A DNA stretch of 60,753 bases, counting the filler, from Bdellovibrionales bacterium RIFOXYD12_FULL_39_22 (GTDB lineage: Bacteria > Bdellovibrionota > Bacteriovoracia > Bacteriovoracales > Bacteriovoracaceae): NCBI GenBank assembly GCA_001770205.1. It is 7 parts of 7 records of this genome, joined end to end, with 100 filler letters (N's around TTAATTAATTAA, not from the genome) between each part and the next. Parts side by side here need not be neighbours in the genome. Positions count along the whole stretch, not along the records: positions 42,724 to 60,753 come from MEQL01000053.1; 6 more parts are not named here. One strand, 5' to 3'. The position numbers and the translations under genes are program-made. Of this stretch, positions 57,521 through 60,753 are shown in pieces. Position 1 is the stretch's first letter, and every line of letters begins with the position of its first letter. The notes below the pieces were generated by a model. That model worked only from the letters and a program-made list of their open reading frames with translations, made no database searches and was not told the origin of the DNA.

Positions 57521-60348
57521 AAAAAGATATAATAATACATGATATAATAACTCTAATTGAAAAAGGATATCAAGATAAGATCTACTTTTTCACTAAAGCT
57601 AAAAACCATAACTACTTTCCAATTCTTAAAGAGCGCGGATATTTCAAGCCAAGCTCAATCGATTTCTCGACAGCATCATCGCATTTGCCTTTTCATCCCT
57701 GGCCACAAATTTTTTACCTACAAGAAATATCAAAACAAATTGCGTTAGGTGAAATAAGTTCTAATGAATTTATAAATAGCTTTTATGAATCCATTAGAGA
57801 GATTGATAAAATCCCTGATAATTTTCATCTACTCAGGGCTCTCACCGAGATAAATTTTGCAATACCTCTAAGCTACATTGCAGAAGATGATATAACTCGA
57901 GTTTTTAACCTAGTTGATCAGGTTTCATATCCCGATAGACTAATTGAGTTTTCGTTATTTGAAGGTTTTGGAAAAATTACGTCGCAAATTGCTAATGATG
58001 ATCACTCTATCAAAATTCTTAAAAAGTTGTTTTGGTGGATACTTGATTTTTATAAAAAAGATAAGATATCTTATAATGAATATATTCTAAAATATTTTGA
58101 TAACTATGGATACCAAGATTTTTTATCCAATAGACTAGATCTTCAAAATTTATACGATAAAAATTCGTCGTCTGTGTTAGCGCTAATTAGTATAACAGCA
58201 GATCGTTTGAACTCTCTGCTTAGAATCGCTTCTGATCTGGATGATTCAACTGAATATTGGAGGCCAGCCATACCTCCACACCACCAGAACGCTTATCATG
58301 ACTCTGCTCCGTCCATTTTAGTTGATCTTCTGTTTAAATTTTCTGTTTTTGAACTTAAGAAAAAGCAGGAACTTTGTTATCTCCCTGAGTGGAAAAAATC
58401 AAATCTTGAGACGTACAAGAGACTATTTATTGCTCTAGCCACTGATTTTACAGATTTGATACCGCCGGAGGACACAGTCAGAATCATTCTAAAACAAGGC
58501 CTTGATGAAGGCTCAAGGTATGAGCGGTATCATTTTCTTAAAGAAAATTTTGATAAGTTGAGTTTAGAATCACAAAAAGACATTTTGCAAGCTATTACTG
58601 TCCTTGAAGATCAGTACTCCAAAAATGAAGAGGAAAAGAAAACATTTACTGCATGGAAACAAGTGAGATGGGCACAGGCTCTCAAAGAGTCCTCTTCGCA
58701 AGAGGCAAGGCAGTTATATAGTGACTTGTATAACCTTACGGGACAAAAAGAGGATGACCATCCTGATTTTTCAACCTATATGAGTTCTGGATGGGTGGGG
58801 CCCATATCACCTTGGAGTATAGAAGATTTTGGAAAAGCAACAGCAACAGATATCTCAAATTTTTTAATAAACTTTAAAAGTCAGGACAAATTTCGAGGAC
58901 CTGATGAGGATGGGCTTTCCAGAACACTTGAGCAATATGTTCAGCAAGAACCAGAAAAGTGTTCATTGATACTTATGGATCTTCGAAAATTTAATTATCA
59001 ATTTGTTTCTGCAATTGTTGATGGATATTCAAAAGCCTGGGAAGATAAGAAACCAACTCCAGTTCGAGAGATCTTAAATACGATAGAGGACTACTCGTCA
59101 TTTGATCAGTTTCGGCATGATATTGCCAACAAGGAATCAAAAGCAAGATGGGTCGTATCATCAATCGCTAGATTTATTGGAGCCGGAACTAAAAACGATG
59201 AGAATAGTTTTAATATTGATACAGCAAAGCAATGTTTCACAATTCTTAAAAAACTCGGGGGTTTTACGCCGGAAGACGAGGATTATTCGAGCAACTCTGA
59301 TGCATTCACAAGGGCAATAAATGAGCCACGAGGAAAAATATTTGAAGCATTTATATTACTGTCATTGCGTAGATGTAGGGCGGCTGGAAAAGACACTGAA
59401 AATCTTAATTTTGCTTGGAACGATTTCAAATTGATAGTCGAAGATGTTTTAAAAAATACGGAAAACGATGAAATATCGTTGCGTGCGCTGATCGGTGCAT
59501 ATTATCGACAGTTTCTGTTCATGAATAATAATTGGATATTTGATAACATCGATTTAATTCTTTCCACCGATGGTTCACAAAAGAGATGGCTTGCTTTCTT
59601 AGAAGGATTTTCATATGTAACAGTCTTTGTTGAAAAAATGTACAGCGAATTAAATGCAAGAAAGATGTTATTGGCCTTTCTTCGATACGACGACCAGTCC
59701 CGTAAAAATCAAAGCCGCTTAGACAAACTCCAAAAAAGGGTTATCGAGCTAGGCATAATTGCTTACTTACATTGTAAAGATGATTCCGTTATTAAATCAA
59801 TATTGAGCCAGAAGCTGCCTTCCGAATGGAGTCACTTGTTCCATTCAATCTCAATCATTGTAAAGCACGATACATCTAAAGAAATCAAAAGCAAGGCAAA
59901 GAACTTGTTAGATAGTATGTTTGCAATTTACGAAAAGAACATAAATGCGTTTAACTCCGATCATTTTTCGAACGTGAGCTGCGTCCTGAATATTTTTACT
60001 GGTCCTGATGATGCTATTGTCTTGAAAGTTTTTGAAGTCTCTTCAAAATATGCAAAAGGGGGGTGGGAGTTTAAAAATTTGGTTGATTTTATGGAAGAAC
60101 ATGTTCTTACTTATCCGAAAAAGATTGGCTTATTATATGTGAAGCTTCTCGAATCGACTAGTTTTTTTCCAGCGTGGCCCGAGGAGAAAATTAGAAATAT
60201 TTGCAAAACATTAAATGAAAGTAGAGAATCGTTGAATCTTTCTACGATTTGCAGAATCTATGGAGAGAGATCAATAAATTGTGAGCCAATCAGAGATATT
60301 TGCTCTGGCATAAAACCAAATCACCCTTGCGACACCAAACGCAAATGA
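57517..60348 (+). CDS. Large helical partner of SIR2 (DSR-like C-terminal/sensor region)
   Basis: 943 aa, ATGA-coupled to SIR2; contains SGWVGPISPWS and RAINEPRG; no NTPase motif seen. Confidence 0.7.
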   Translation: MKKDIIIHDIITLIEKGYQDKIYFFTKAKNHNYFPILKERGYFKPSSIDFSTASSHLPFHPWPQIFYLQEISKQIALGEISSNEFINSFYESIREIDKIPDNFHLLRALTEINFAIPLSYIAEDDITRVFNLVDQVSYPDRLIEFSLFEGFGKITSQIANDDHSIKILKKLFWWILDFYKKDKISYNEYILKYFDNYGYQDFLSNRLDLQNLYDKNSSSVLALISITADRLNSLLRIASDLDDSTEYWRPAIPPHHQNAYHDSAPSILVDLLFKFSVFELKKKQELCYLPEWKKSNLETYKRLFIALATDFTDLIPPEDTVRIILKQGLDEGSRYERYHFLKENFDKLSLESQKDILQAITVLEDQYSKNEEEKKTFTAWKQVRWAQALKESSSQEARQLYSDLYNLTGQKEDDHPDFSTYMSSGWVGPISPWSIEDFGKATATDISNFLINFKSQDKFRGPDEDGLSRTLEQYVQQEPEKCSLILMDLRKFNYQFVSAIVDGYSKAWEDKKPTPVREILNTIEDYSSFDQFRHDIANKESKARWVVSSIARFIGAGTKNDENSFNIDTAKQCFTILKKLGGFTPEDEDYSSNSDAFTRAINEPRGKIFEAFILLSLRRCRAAGKDTENLNFAWNDFKLIVEDVLKNTENDEISLRALIGAYYRQFLFMNNNWIFDNIDLILSTDGSQKRWLAFLEGFSYVTVFVEKMYSELNARKMLLAFLRYDDQSRKNQSRLDKLQKRVIELGIIAYLHCKDDSVIKSILSQKLPSEWSHLFHSISIIVKHDTSKEIKSKAKNLLDSMFAIYEKNINAFNSDHFSNVSCVLNIFTGPDDAIVLKVFEVSSKYAKGGWEFKNLVDFMEEHVLTYPKKIGLLYVKLLESTSFFPAWPEEKIRNICKTLNESRESLNLSTICRIYGERSINCEPIRDICSGIKPNHPCDTKRK

Positions 60349-60410
60349 GGCGACTTAGTTGGATAACGAATAGGACGATGGGTTTGGATATATTTCTTAA
60401 GGAGGTTTTT

Positions 60411-60665
60411 ATGAACAAGGTAAATGGAGAAATTTCAAGTTTAGATGGATTTATCAATACCAAAATGTTTTTTGAAAAACACGACACTAGAAAACTTTCA
60501 AATGACAATCTTCGACAATTACTATTAAGAATTTCAACTCTCAACACTCACGTAGAACTTTCCGCCTTTATTTCTATTGTAAAGTCTGAGTTAGAATCAC
60601 GGGATGCACACCGCAATTTCTTAATAACAACTACAATTGCAATTATTGCATTAATCACTTCAATT
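60411..60665 (+). pseudogene. Small membrane protein truncated by IS
   Basis: AAGGAGG RBS before MNKVNG; the frame runs into the IS end at 60666. Confidence 0.6.
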
Positions 60666-60753
60666 CGGTATGTTTCAGGTATTAGTGCAGTTTTTTGATA
60701 AGTTGAAAAACTTTTCTCAGCAGTATTCATATAGCTAATCATTTTTTCTTCTA
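60666..60753 (-). mobile_element. IS terminal sequence, copy 3 of 3
   Basis: Identical to 17451-17538. Confidence 0.85.

Noticed and set aside
1..60753. CRISPR array, rRNA or complete tRNA
   Set aside because: No regularly spaced repeat-spacer series or full RNA gene was seen; only a 17-nt tRNA-like 3' end at 11411-11427.

Overview
This is not contiguous DNA. Seven assembly contigs (1-5323, 5424-12218, 12319-17544, 17645-26459, 26560-31737, 31838-42623, 42724-60753) are joined by six artificial N-TTAATTAATTAA-N spacers, so adjacency across spacers means nothing. The sequence is AT-rich and bacterial; the gene types suggest a Bdellovibrionota/Bacteriovoracia-like organism (inference). One contig is an ordinary flagellar operon (flgC'-fliE-F-G-H-I-J-motE-like-fliK-flgD-TIGR02530-flgE'). 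The rest is accessory DNA. It includes IS ends at most contig edges, a DUF6788-like + DDE transposon with 25-bp TIRs, a truncated tyrosine integrase beside a tRNA-3'-like att core, TA modules, an AEP primase-helicase, a Fic protein and many small secreted proteins. Contig 7 carries a divergent pair of operons (SBP/HK/sigma54 regulator versus protease/GNAT/SET/deacetylase) and a defence island (HNH, hsdM-hsdS scar, Abi_C, split SIR2/DSR-like pair). The best unexplained signal is a conserved, apparently base-paired ~55-120 nt leader in front of three unrelated secreted-protein genes, with a conserved sigma70-like promoter in two copies. All family calls are from motif recognition by eye; no database search was run.
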